DNA of 64,000 bases. Source: Antechinus flavipes (lineage: Eukaryota). The notes under the pieces are model-generated. The model did no database searches. It was not told the origin of the DNA and saw only the letters and a program-made list of their open reading frames with translations. Numbering within the stretch: position 1 is the first letter of the stretch; every line of letters begins with the position of its first letter. Positions 12,041-24,094 of the stretch are shown here, one piece after another. The DNA lies in assembly GCF_016432865.1 (NCBI RefSeq), contig NC_067399.1, positions 395,808,001-395,872,000 on the forward strand. Direction: 5' to 3'. The translations under genes and the position numbers were made by a program.

Positions 12041-13217
12041 ATGACAGTCTCTCCTGACTTCAGATCGAGTAGTCTTTTTCTTATCTGTGTGGTTTCAACC
12101 CCAAGAGACAGATTTCTAATCTAATGAATGGAATGGCATTTGATACTCTATCTTTAATAATATAAAGTCTCTAATATCATAAAATTATCGATATATTGTC
12201 CTCATCTGCATCTTAATTAAAGATATATCAAGTATATCATCAACGATGATACTACAGTTACATTTCCATTTGGGAGCTGAATTTGGGGTTGAGGCAAGAC
12301 CATCAAATTACATATCCTATTCTCAGAACTTATAGAAAGTTTTCATAATCCTATCCTATCTTCTGGAAATGTCATAAAATTTCCTCAAATGAGGTTGTAT
12401 TTCTCCTCTAAAATCAAAATTCCTTGCAGAACAAATGAAATTCTGTTGGGAGGGCAGAAAGGAAGCATCTGGCTCTTTTCATGGAAGGCTGCCAGCCCAG
12501 TTGCCGCCTTCCTCTCTAGTTGAGTTATCACATAGGCACAGTGTCTGTCTAGGAACAGAACATATTCCCATATGCCAACCTGATATAAATATGTGTCCTT
12601 TGGATACATTTTAGTAGGAGTTGTCAACCTTTCTATCAATGACCAAGAGGTGGCAGTGGGGAGTAGCAGCCACATGTTTAACATTTCAATGAGAAGGAAG
12701 GTTTAGCAAGATGGAAATAAAAGAAGGGGGCCTGCAGGTAAAGCAAAAAGGGAAATCATCCCCAGTGAGGAGAGAAGAGATAGAAACAACAATCACAGCA
12801 GAAGAGGCTGCTGGGAGAAAAGAGAAAATCCATGAATGGAAGGCAGCCATCGCTCTCTGCAAGAACACAGTGAAAAGAATGTAGAGTTGGGGCAATCCCT
12901 GGGTACCAAGAGAAATGAATAGCCAGGATGCCAGGGCACAGCTTGGCACCAGCTGGCTAGCTCCCAGGGGCAGCTATTCCTCAGCATTGCCCATTAAAAT
13001 CAGGGCTATTGAAGTCAAAATGGGTGCCAGGTGGAAACTAGTGGTAATTATGCTAGCCAACTCGGCTCTGGGGAAGCAAGAGTGATTATGAGATGCCACA
13101 GCAGTGGATTTATGGCTCAAGAGCTTGAGACTGGGTCATGGATTAGAAGAACATTTGTATCCATGGAGGTTGCAGGTTGTATCCTTGTCCAGTATTGTGT
13201 GAGTGATTGTAACTCTT

Positions 13218-13585
13218 NNNNNNNNNNNNNNNNNNNNNNNNNNNNNNNNNNNNNNNNNNNNNNNNNNNNNNNNNNNNNNNNNNNNNNNNNNNNNNNNNNN
13301 NNNNNNNNNNNNNNNNNNNNNNNNNNNNNNNNNNNNNNNNNNNNNNNNNNNNNNNNNNNNNNNNNNNNNNNNNNNNNNNNNNNNNNNNNNNNNNNNNNNN
13401 NNNNNNNNNNNNNNNNNNNNNNNNNNNNNNNNNNNNNNNNNNNNNNNNNNNNNNNNNNNNNNNNNNNNNNNNNNNNNNNNNNNNNNNNNNNNNNNNNNNN
13501 NNNNNNNNNNNNNNNNNNNNNNNNNNNNNNNNNNNNNNNNNNNNNNNNNNNNNNNNNNNNNNNNNNNNNNNNNNNNNNNNNNNNN
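13218..13585. other. Assembly gap (N run)
   Basis: Run of n characters. Confidence 1.
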
Positions 13586-13739
13586 TAGAGACCTCATCAG
13601 TATCTCTCTTCTTTGAATTGTGGAGTATAATCTGCCCCTTCTCAAGTCACAGAGGGAAACAACCTATGTTATAAACCTCAGATTCTGCTAACTGCCAAAT
13701 GCTCAAAAAATGTTGGATTGAAATTTGTCCTATAATTTG

Positions 13740-14000
13740 TCAATTCTCAGTCACTTTTTAGTTCCTCTTTGATTCTTCATGACCCCATTTGAGGTTTTCT
13801 TGGCAAAGATCCTGGAGTGATTTGTCATCTCCTTCTTCAGCTCATTTTACAGATGAGGAAACTGAAGTAAATAGAGTTAAGTGACTTGCCTAGGGTCATA
13901 CAACTAGTGTTTGTCTGAATTTGATTTGAACTCAGAAAGATGCTTTCCTATCTCTGAATCCAGTATTCTATTCACAATGGCGCCATTTAGAAGCCACTTC
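13740..14000 (-). mobile_element. MAR1-type CORE-SINE
   Basis: gaccccatttgaggttttcttggcaaagatcctggagtg...cagctcattttacagatgaggaaactga. Confidence 0.85.
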
Positions 14001-14199
14001 CCTGTAATTACCACAATTTATCCAATGCAACAAGCATTAATTAAGCCCTTCTTTGTATGAAACACAGAACGAAGGAGTTCACAATCTACTGGGTATTAAA
14101 TTTTATCTTAAGAGGACATTGAACTGAGAAGGCAGACTGAGACTTTGTAAAAGAGTATTCTAAAACTTCATCTTTGGACTTCCTTCTGGAGCCAAAAGT

Positions 14200-14630
14200 T
14201 CAGGCATGTTGGCCTTTCTGCTCATACACAGCACTCTGTCTCCCATCTCTGTACATTGGTGCCTGGAATTCACTCACTTCCTACATCAAACTCCATTAAT
14301 CCCTAAATTCCTATGAAACTCTATTCAAATACTATCTCCTTTATGAGACCTTCTGCTATCCCCATCCCCAGCTACTATAATCTCCCCCCAAAATTATTTT
14401 GCATGGATTTTATATACATTATTCACATAATTTATATGTCTGTTACACGTGTATATGCTGTATTACTTTGTGTATGTGTTTACTGCATACCCATGTATTT
14501 ATACATAAGTATAATATTGCACGTTGTCTCCCATGATAGGTACTATTTCATTTTTGTGTTTGTATTCCAACACCTAGCTCAGTCCTGACATGAAAGACAT
14601 ACAATAACTGCTTGTGGATTTGGATACATT
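14200..14630 (+). mobile_element. L2 3' fragment
   Basis: L2 tail motifs (gtctcccatgataggta, tgtattccaacacctagc, ttgtggatttgg). Confidence 0.65.
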
Positions 14631-14924
14631 GATTGTAAACCATCCATCAGTCACCTACAAGAGAATCTTAGGATCCCAGAAATAAAGACAGCAAACAAGA
14701 GAACAATGGAAGGAAAGCTAGACATGCCTTCCCCAAATAGGTTGGTACCTGCAGATTCCTCTTTCTACGGCCCTAGCTACCATTTAGCATAGGTTAGGAC
14801 CCCACATGAGGAAAGTCATAGATAAGTGAAGAAGACAGCCCCCAAATATAGCCTTTCTCCTTGTAATAATGCCCTTAAAGTCTCAGTTCTTGGGGTCTTT
14901 AAAACTACAGATATTGCTTTTAAA

Positions 14925-15060
14925 AGTCCCGTTTAGGGAGGGTGTGGGAGGAAGCAGGGGATAATTTGGAACAGAAGGCTTTGCAAGGGGCAGTGTTGAA
15001 AAATTATCCATGCATATGTTTTGTAAATAAAAAGCTTTAATTTAAAAATAATAATAATAA
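14925..15060 (+). mobile_element. L1 extreme 3' end with (aat)n tail
   Basis: aatttggaacagaaggctttgcaaggggcagtgttgaaaaattatccatgcatatgttttgtaaataaaaagc. Confidence 0.8.
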
Positions 15061-15209
15061 CATTGTTGTCTGTTGACCTGTTACTAATCAGGTTTTTAAG
15101 ATAAGTGATCACTCATCACCCAGCACTCCATCCCTTTCTACTACATTTCTGTGCTCTTCAGAATTTAGTCTAATACTCTTATTTTACAGATAAGGTGAAT
15201 ATACTTGCT

Positions 15210-15625
15210 TATGATCAGCTAGGTTGCATAGCACTGGATCCCAGTCAAGAAGAGAGCTGAGTTCAACATCAACCTCAGATACTTTCTAGATGTGTGACCC
15301 TGAGCAAATCATTACATAGCCTCTGTCTGCCTCAGTTTCCTTATCCACAAAATGAACACAATAATAGCACCTATCTTCCAGAATTGTGAGATTAAAATGA
15401 GATATTTCTTATAAAATACTTTACAAACCTAGGAGCTCTATATACCTGTTGTTTTAGGACAAATCACTTAATCTGTTTGCTTCAGTTTTCTCAACTTAAA
15501 AATGGAGATGATAACAGAATCTACTTCCAAGAGCTGTTATAAAAATCAAATGAGATATAAAAGTTATAACATTCTCAGCACAATAAGTGGCCCATAGCAT
15601 GCACTGTATAAATGTTAGCTGGTGT
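15210..15625 (+). mobile_element. Two adjacent MIR-type SINEs
   Basis: Two copies of the core (gcctcagtttcc...aaaatg...ataatagcacctatctt). Confidence 0.7.
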
Positions 15626-15862
15626 TGTTGTTCTTGTCTAGAAGTTCATCTCAATTGTTATGAGACAGTCACAATACTCTGCCCTATTTAATGGCCACAC
15701 CTTCTTCCTTCTAGACTTAGAGTGTCAATTTAGTAAATTACTAGATAAGGTCATAGTCAAACAATCTATAATTTAGATTTTAAAAATAGCTTAGTAAATC
15801 TAAGAACAACAGACATGTATCACAGAGCATAGCATCTCATAACTCCAAGGTCCAACCCTCCA

Positions 15863-15873
15863 GCACGCGCGCG

Positions 15874-15905
<32 letters not shown>
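15863..15905. repeat. (GC)n(AC)n alternating purine-pyrimidine microsatellite
   Basis: gcacgcgcgcgtgcgcgcacacacac... Confidence 0.95.
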
Positions 15906-16879
15906 AACTGTCTCAGATTATTTCTTTCTCTTTAGTCTCCCAGCAGCAGCCGGGAATGGGAAAAAATCAGCCCAAAAGTTTAAGGTCTTCTATTGACCTT
16001 CCCTTCTCACCCAACTCTAGGATCATGGCTGTGCCAGCAGTTGGCAAACACCAAGCTGGGACCTAGACTTCTCCATCGGACTCCTTGTTAATCCCCCAAG
16101 TACTAACAGGTTTGAATTGCCATCTTCATGGCCCCCAGCCTGGAAGTACATCACTCAGGTTCAGCATGGAGGGAACAAACAACGATATACCTATTCCAAC
16201 ACATGCTGTCTACCTAAACCTAGGAAGGAGAAGGAGAAAGCCCTCGAAATTTTACATTTATCAAAGAGGGAAACCGTAGCTCACACTAACTTCTATAGTT
16301 TTCCCCAACACCTTATTCTAAATGTCCTGGTACTTCAGTGCAAAACTCCACACATCATCAATACCATCTCCTCCTTATGTACTATCTCTGTCGGTCCCTC
16401 CCAGGTACTTGTGTATTGGGAGACAAAGAAAAGTGGAAATGTGAAGCTATGCCAGGGAATCAATGTACCAATAGAAGCTAGGGTGACCCTTTTATATGGG
16501 TTAACACTGTAATGAGGATTAGTTAGTAGTCAGCTGAGAGCAAGAATTATAGCTCAGGAGGGGAAAGGGGAAGAAATAAGAAGGAAAAGACATCAGGAGG
16601 GTTCAAGGAGGGCACTGACAGAAGAAATGTAGCTCAAAGATAAACAACGCCAGTTTTGCAAATGCCCGTGCCATTCAAATCCATCTCATGAACCACCTTT
16701 GACAATACATACCATATAATGCTTATACTTGTAAGACAAGAGGTGCAAAAGCTTAGTGTGAAAAAACAAAGACCTGCTTATATGTGTAGGCAGTTATTAT
16801 CTATCCGTAAGCTAAACAAATCTAGATTAGTTCTACGACTTTATGCACCTTTAACTAGCAATCTTTATATAGTATGTAA

Positions 16880-17110
16880 GAGAAGCAACTCAGCATAAAG
16901 AGTAGAGAGCTTGCCTTGGAGGAAGGAAGACTTGCCCTTACATTTCATCTAGAACAGATATACCAGTTGTAGAACCCTGGGAAAGTCATTTAAACTCTCA
17001 ATGCTCTGGGCTACTCTCCAAGACTTTTAAGCTGCAGAGCAAAGACTAATTTGCATTGTAGAGGGAGTTTCATACCTGGAGTTTTCTACAATGAAATTTT
17101 GGAATCTGTC
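16880..17110 (+). mobile_element. Marsupial CORE-SINE with a distinct tail (family name uncertain)
   Basis: SINE head plus tail ctctccaagacttttaagctgcagag...ttgcattgtagagggagtttc...caatgaaat; related copies near 57660 and 59515. Confidence 0.6.
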
Positions 17111-17125
17111 AGATAGACATCGAAA

Positions 17126-17128
<3 letters not shown>

Positions 17129-17190
<62 letters not shown>
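17129..17190. repeat. (GA)n microsatellite
   Basis: Perfect GA run next to the gap. Confidence 0.98.
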
Positions 17191-17194
<4 letters not shown>

Positions 17195-17201
17195 CAGAGA
17201 C

Positions 17202-17460
17202 NNNNNNNNNNNNNNNNNNNNNNNNNNNNNNNNNNNNNNNNNNNNNNNNNNNNNNNNNNNNNNNNNNNNNNNNNNNNNNNNNNNNNNNNNNNNNNNNNNN
17301 NNNNNNNNNNNNNNNNNNNNNNNNNNNNNNNNNNNNNNNNNNNNNNNNNNNNNNNNNNNNNNNNNNNNNNNNNNNNNNNNNNNNNNNNNNNNNNNNNNNN
17401 NNNNNNNNNNNNNNNNNNNNNNNNNNNNNNNNNNNNNNNNNNNNNNNNNNNNNNNNNNNN
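17202..17460. other. Assembly gap (N run)
   Basis: Run of n characters between purine-rich repeats. Confidence 1.
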
Positions 17461-17619
17461 GAAAGAGGGAGAGAGGAGGGGCAGCAGGAAGAGAGAGAGA
17501 AGGAAAGGAGAGGAAGGAAGGGAGGAAAGGAAAGAGAGACAACAACAGATACACATTCTTGCACACATATGTATATATAATATACATATTATATACATAT
17601 ATGTATACATGCTCTGTAA

Positions 17620-17830
17620 AACACTTCTGTATTTGCAAAGCACTTTACAAATATTATTTTATCCTCACAATAATTCTGGGAGGGAGGTAACATCATTATC
17701 TCCATTTTATGGATAAAAAAACCATAGCAGATAAAAGTTTAATGATTTGCCTAGGGTTACCCAACTAATGAGTATTTGAGGCTGGATTTGAACCCAGATG
17801 TTGCTGATTTCAGATCCAGTGTTTTATTCA
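17620..17830 (-). mobile_element. MIR SINE
   Basis: ttgcaaagcactttacaaatat...atcctcacaataattctgggagg...tgatttgcctagggttac. Confidence 0.8.
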
Positions 17831-18857
17831 TTATGTGATGAGAGACAGAGCGACAAAGATGAGAGGGTGGGGGAATGGAAACCAGACATGTAAATGATTT
17901 TATTAGTATAGAGAGATACTAAAATAGGTTTGTGAGAAGAAGTATAACTAGAAACCAAGACTTTCTTCCCGACTCTGAGACCAGTTTTCTATACTGGAAG
18001 CCAGGTTGCTTTTTTCTATAAAATATATATACATAAATGTGTATGTTTGCATATTTAATATCTGTGTGTATTCATATATATATATATATCCACATATGTA
18101 CACATACATATTATGTAAGCTCACAAATCTTCAATACTACAAAAGTTTTGGTTAAACTCACAATATCTGACATCATCTATAAATCTTATTTCTGTAAATG
18201 ACTTACTTTGAGAACAGATATGAAAAATATGAGAATGGCTCATTGGTGAAACTATAGAATATGAAAGGCTTCCATAGAGCCCTAGGATGGGAGAGCTAAG
18301 ACAGAGGGAGACAGATTTTTTAAAAACCCTTCTGGAAATACACATTTCTATTGATATCATCCAGCTGAATGCCAAACAGACTTTGAACTCAGTGCCAGCT
18401 AAATGAGCTTAGACCTCGACAGCATGAGTGGGACAGACACTCCTTTCATTCTTCTTCAAAGAACAGATAAAATCACTTCTTGCCACCCAGGTTCACCCTA
18501 TCCCCACACACTCCAGCACAAGCCTGAACCAGCCCTGCAAAAGTAGTTCTGTGGACCAAGTATCAAGTAAAACTACCCACACCAGCCCCAAAGTACTTAC
18601 TGATTGCTCCTGGGGCTTCCAAATCCCAGAATCACTTTCATAAGCATCTGGGTGCTTGTCCCAGATCCTGACCCAGTTCCAACCTGGATAATTACATTGT
18701 CTTTCTAATTGCCCCTGTGTTTTCTGGTGGATGAAGCCATCTCCACAGTCTGTCCTCATCTGCTGAGTAATGTTACTGTGCAGCTATTAAGCAGCTGTTT
18801 CTTGCCTCCAACCGAAGAAGTTTCGGACCTAAAAGGAAAGAAGTGATACTTCTAGAA

Positions 18858-19045
18858 AGGCAGTTCTCATAGCATAATCCAAAGAGCCTTTGAAAACTTT
18901 TCAGGGGGATCTGCAAAATCAAAACTATTTTTATAATCATACTGATATTTTAATTTCTAATATGGTAAATATCAATAGATATAAACCACATTAAGTAAAA
19001 GCTATTATCAATAATTTTTGAGACTAAAAAGCTTGAGGATCACTG
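18858..19045 (+). mobile_element. hAT-Charlie (Charlie1-like) internally deleted DNA transposon
   Basis: Left end cagttctc...tttcagggggatctgcaaaatcaaaactattttt; right end ttaatttctaatatggtaaatatcaatagatataaaccaca...aaaaagcttgaggatcactg; flanks ttctagaa / tcttagag resemble the NTCTAGAN Charlie target. Confidence 0.75.
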
Positions 19046-20889
19046 TCTTAGAGTATCTATGATCTCACAACTTGCTTTGAAGTCTTTTATATATAAAAAT
19101 CTCTGAACATCAAAGATTTGTATTAATAATAATTCATTAGGACCTTATTAATCAAAATATGGCCCTTAAAAATGACTGTCCCATTGACTCTTGGAACTAG
19201 TTTTACATTTCCTTTTAAGAAAAGAGGAAAATTAATACAAACATCCATTCCTTTACATCCATATCATGTCAGAAGGAATTTATTAAGTACTTACTATGTG
19301 TCATATACTATGTAAATCTCTAGAATGCAAAGACAAGCAGAAAAATGGTACTAGTCAAGAAGCTAATATTTTAATGGTGGAAGACAACACTTCAAAGGAA
19401 GTTAAAAAGTTGTATATGGAAAGAAGAGATAAAGGTACCTAAATTGGGGCATGGTAGAGAATGTCTGGAGCATAAGGAATATATCTCGAAGAGAAATGAA
19501 AATAACTAGCCTGGAAATCCTCCTTGAAATGGAAATACTAGGAGAAAACAGCCAACCAGAAAGAAAGGCAGCAGCATATTTCTAAAGTATGAAATTCATT
19601 GATCAATTAAATTTCCAGGATAAAAAGATTTTTTGATATGGTAGAGAAAGCCCAGAGAATTAGGATTAATTAGAGGAATGAAGGTATGATGTATTTTGAA
19701 TACAATGTACTTAGATACTCTGAACTTCCTTCATATAGCATACACTGAATCCCTGACAATGGAACAGGCTGCTTTCTAAAGTGAGTGCTCTTTTACCCAA
19801 AGGATGTGAGGCTGGATATCCATCCATTAGCCAAGAGATTCCTTCACCAGGTGGAGTTAGAGTCACAAAGATATGAGGGACCTTTGAGATCAAGGGGAAA
19901 AAAAGAAGGTATAAAGGATATATATAGTGCATGTAAATTATGCATGGACTATACCCCCTTTAGAATAGCTCATGTCTAATCCTATAATTCAAAAAAATCT
20001 GTTGTTTAAAAATAGTAGTGAAACAGACACAAGGGTAAATTTGATTTGGATGAAGAAGCAAGGATGAGGTAAAAGGCACAATGGAAGCCCATGACTCTTT
20101 GCCATTATTTTGTCTCCTTGCAGATCTCACATGAGCTTGATTGGTATTACCTCATAGATTTTGGAATTAGAGATGGAGAGGACTTCAGAGTCATCTAATC
20201 AAACCCTCTTATTTTGCAGATGAGGAAAATGAGACTCAGAAAAGCTAAATTATCCAAGGTAGTCAAAGTCAGAGGCAGGATTTGAACACAAATAATGATT
20301 CCAGAATCAGTATACTCTGAGTATACTGAAAAAGAGTTATACCTCAGAACTTACTTATTGATTTAACTCTTTTTAAAAAGGATTTTCAAAGAAGAAAACA
20401 GAAGCAAGGAAGGAATATGCCAAAGACTGAAAAAAGGGTGACATTCCCACCTTAAACAGTCAACAGAATAAAGTGGGAAGGAAGGAATTTTCTTTTTATT
20501 TTTGAGCCTGGATTTTTCAGAAGTCATCATCAATATGGCCAAGCCCTAAATCAATTTGAAAGAATCACAGACTTCTTAGCCATGAGATGAAGGTGGATAA
20601 CTTCAAACAGAAAACATCTTGGGATTAACTGAAAGAATTATACACACCTCTGGGTCTGTGCATGAATAAAGAAGTCCATTCATCAAGAAAGATGCAATTT
20701 GGGAAAAATCCAGAGTGCCTTGAAGAGACAGACCCTTAGAGAAGAAAACAATAAAGAGGAGAGAAAAGGGAAGTAATGTCAGAAAGTGGTACACTCCTTG
20801 CCCCCCAACAGTTACCGAATCAGTGGAGATAATGTGGCAATTTGGGAAAAGGAAGAGATGGGAAAGAAGTGGAAGATGAAGGGTAGTGC

Positions 20890-21010
20890 AGCAGCATCTA
20901 CTAGATGGCACACTGGCCCTGAAGTCAGAAGGAGTTGAGTTCAAATGTGACCTCACAATTAACACTTAGTAGCTGTGTGACCCTAGCCAAGTCATTTAAT
21001 TCCAAATTAA
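20890..21010 (+). mobile_element. WSINE1-type SINE with GA-rich tail
   Basis: ggccctgaagtcagaaggagttgagttcaaatg...ttaacacttagtagctgtgtgaccc. Confidence 0.75.
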
Positions 21011-21514
21011 GAGAGAAGGGGGGAAGGGAAGGAGAAAGGGAGGGAAGGAGAGAGAAAGAGAGAGATGGATGGACACACAAAGGATAAAGAGTGAGACAGA
21101 CACAGGAAAAAAAACATCTAATGAGGAAGGAAATAGTTTCAAGGTATGTGACCCCTCCTACTGAAAAAAAAAATGAAAGAATTGTTAAGACTACAGACCC
21201 TTGAAGCCTAGCACAGAGCTTTGTCTAAGAGAAATTTCATGAAGACTCTGCAGAGGGAAAAATGTACCCCTAGGAACCAGAAGCTATGAGTTACCCCTCT
21301 GTTACATGTCTTCTGTGCATGTGTTTTCCACTATTCTTGAACTTTAAGTTTGAGCCCCAGGGATCTTAAACTGAGTAGTTCTGCCTTTGATTTGCTGGAG
21401 GGGGGAGCAAGGGATGAAAGAGAAGGATGCAGAGATTGTTTTTGTAACAACTGTTCTTGCTATATCATCTGAGCAAATATCTTTGTACTGGGTCTGTAAC
21501 CTAAAGAGATCATA

Positions 21515-22215
21515 AAAAAGGGAAAAGGATTCACATGTGCAAAAATGTTTGTAGCAGCATTTTTGTGGTGGCAAAGAATTGGGGAATGAGTGAATGTCCA
21601 TTAATTAGGGAATGACTGAATAAGTTATGGTGTATGAAAGTAATGGAATATTATTGTTCTATTAAAAAATGAGAAATGGTCTGGGTTTAGAAAAATCTGG
21701 AAAGATTTACGTAAACTTGTACTGAGTGAAGGAAGCACTACCAAGAAAACATTGTACACAACAAGACTGTGTGATGATTAACTATGATAGATTTGGTTCT
21801 TTTCAGCAATTTGGTGATCCAAGGCAATTCCATAACTGAACTTTTTTTTTCTTTTCTTTGGCTAGACAATTGGGGTTAAGTGACTTGCCCAGGATCACTC
21901 TGCTAGGAAGTGTTAAGTGTCTGAGACCCGATTTGAACTCAGGTACTCCTGAACCCATGCTCTATCTACTAGCCACTGTGCCATCTAACTGCCCTTCCAA
22001 GGCAATTCCAATCAACTTTGGATAGAAAATGCCATTCACATCCTGACAGGGAACTATAGACCTTAAATATGAATCAACACATACTATCTTCATTTTTTTC
22101 TTTTGATTTTTCTCATAGTTTTTCCTTTTTATTCTGATTTTTCTCTCCCAACCTGACTCATATGGAAATTTTTTTTAAAAAAAAGAATGTATATGTACAA
22201 ACTGAAAGGATTAAA
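21515..22215 (+). mobile_element. L1 3' end interrupted by a SINE
   Basis: aaaaatgtttgtagcagcatttttgtggtggcaaagaattgg...ataagttatggtgtatga, the L1 ORF2 end and 3' UTR. Confidence 0.9.
21833..21995 (-). mobile_element. WSINE1-type SINE with 15-bp target-site duplication
   Basis: TSD tccaaggcaattcca at 21818-21832 and 21996-22010; poly-T tail; characteristic gctaggaagtgttaagtgtctgag. Confidence 0.92.
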
Positions 22216-23039
22216 TAAAAAGCTAACTAAGGCTACTAGCTGATAATCTGGGTTGGGGAAGGGGGGAAGAACATGAGTGACAAACAAGAGACCCTATCTC
22301 TCAGGATTATCCTTAGAACCTTAAATAGAAGGAGTCATTAAAAACCTCAAAATTCTTCAAGCAAAAATGCAAGTTGATGAAGCATCACTGGGAGGGATAT
22401 AACACATTGGAAAAGAAACTAGTTATAAAATCTCTTAAGAATACACAGGATATGCCATTTAAAGGCTCTCTTTTAAAATTTTAATGTTGGAAGAACTATT
22501 AGAAATTACCTAATCTAAACCTTAGGGAGAAATTGAGGCTCAGAGAAAGTAGCTTGCCCAAGGTCATTTAGTTAGTAATAGAAATACATATAGAACCCAG
22601 GTCTCCTAACTGTCCGTTCCACTACTCTATACTACCCCTTTTGTGACAGGTTAATATATCTTACTGACTCAGGCACTGTAGAGAACAGTTCTGGCCTGAG
22701 GGCATTTGTCTGGCTCTCCTAACTTCCCCAACTCTGAATTCATACAGTTAGATGAGAGGTTAGCATCCATTACATACCTAGAAGAAGGAAGGCAGATAGC
22801 TAAGTCAGAGTACAAGTCATCCCCTAACTTTGCTGTAGAAGAAAAGTTTTTGCTTTTTGCAAGATGCACTTAAATTTACCTCTTGCCTATTCGCCAGCAG
22901 AACCATCTGCATTCATCTCAATTATACCAAGTATCAGCAGTCCTAGTTTCACTCTACCTCCAATTTAAGTTTATGTAAGTCCAAGATCTAATGGAAACTA
23001 AACCTCCTATAACTAGATTGCTAAGAAACTAAAAATAGC

Positions 23040-23230
23040 ATACCATACATAAAATCACTTTTAAAATTATTTTGCATATACTTATATCTCTACATCTTGT
23101 CTCCTCCACTAAAGCTAAAAATTCATTGAAGGAGCTATTTCATTTGTGTCTTCTTATGTCAAGTATCTAGCACAGTGCTTAGCACATAATAAGAATTTAT
23201 TAAATGCTTTTGTTGATTGATTAACTGATT
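23040..23230 (+). mobile_element. L2 3' tail
   Basis: tagcacagtgcttagcacataataagaatttattaaatgcttttgttgattga. Confidence 0.75.
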
Positions 23231-23279
23231 GAGACTACTCAGGCTTTGTCCCACAATAAAAAACAGAGAAGCTAATAAT

Positions 23280-23750
23280 AATAAACAATAACTAGCATTC
23301 CTATAAGGCTTTTAAGGTTTGTGGCAAAATGTTATAAATATTGGCTCATTTTATTCTCATAATAACCCTAGGAGACCGATGTTGTTATAGCTAGATGGGA
23401 CAGTAGATAAGATGCCAGGACTAGAATCAGTAAAACCTAAATTCAAACCCAGCCTCAGACAGTATCTTAGTTGTGTGACTCTGGGTAAGTTACTTAATCC
23501 TGTTTGCCTCAGTTTCCTCATTTGCAAAATGAGCTAGAGAAGGAAATGACAAACTATTCCAAAATATTTACCAAGAAAACCCCAAAGAGGGTGACAAAGA
23601 ATCAAATGAAACTGAAAAGGGACTAAACAACAACATCAGTCTACATTTTACAGACAAGGAAACTTGAAGCAGTCTAAGGCTGAAATTTGAACTCAGGTCT
23701 TTCAACTCTAGATAATGTGATTTATTCACTATACCACATAGTTCCTTAGG
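23280..23750 (-). mobile_element. MIR (minus) split by a plus-strand MAR1-type SINE at about 23388-23638
   Basis: The MIR left half ends ...ctaggagaccgatgttgttat and resumes ...cattttacagacaaggaaac after a complete MAR1-like copy. Confidence 0.75.
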
Positions 23751-24094
23751 GTACTGACATCACCATGTGGGGAATCCTTCTTACTTATACTGACCCAACA
23801 CTTACACTGATAGTGACAGTCTTATGTTGGAGACTCTTTTCTTGCCTCTAAGTTCAATTCTTCAATTTCTTTACCTCCTGGTCCCTGAGGCCATATCTTA
23901 TAGCTATGGTCCAAACAAAAAAAAAAAAATCTTGTTAATGTTCCACAAGAAAGAAATGTGCACTCAAACCATCAGTCCTTCAAGAAAGCAACAATGAGGC
24001 TGCACTTATATTAAGCCACACTTAAAACCCCAGCAACGTTATAATAAAACTGGAATATTGGAACTATCTAGTTTAGTCTGAAGAAGAGGAGAAG

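Noticed and set aside
12690-12900. Several strong-looking minus-strand acceptors
   Set aside because: By-product of plus-strand purine skew; no strong matching donor
13031-13645. Long ORFs of 137-203 aa here and at 17027-17690, 36765-37427 and 57794-58140
   Set aside because: They are long only because they read through N-gaps or GA/purine repeats
16117-16512. 131-aa plus-strand ORF (MPSSWPPAWKY...)
   Set aside because: No recognisable domain, no convincing splice boundaries or promoter; compatible with chance
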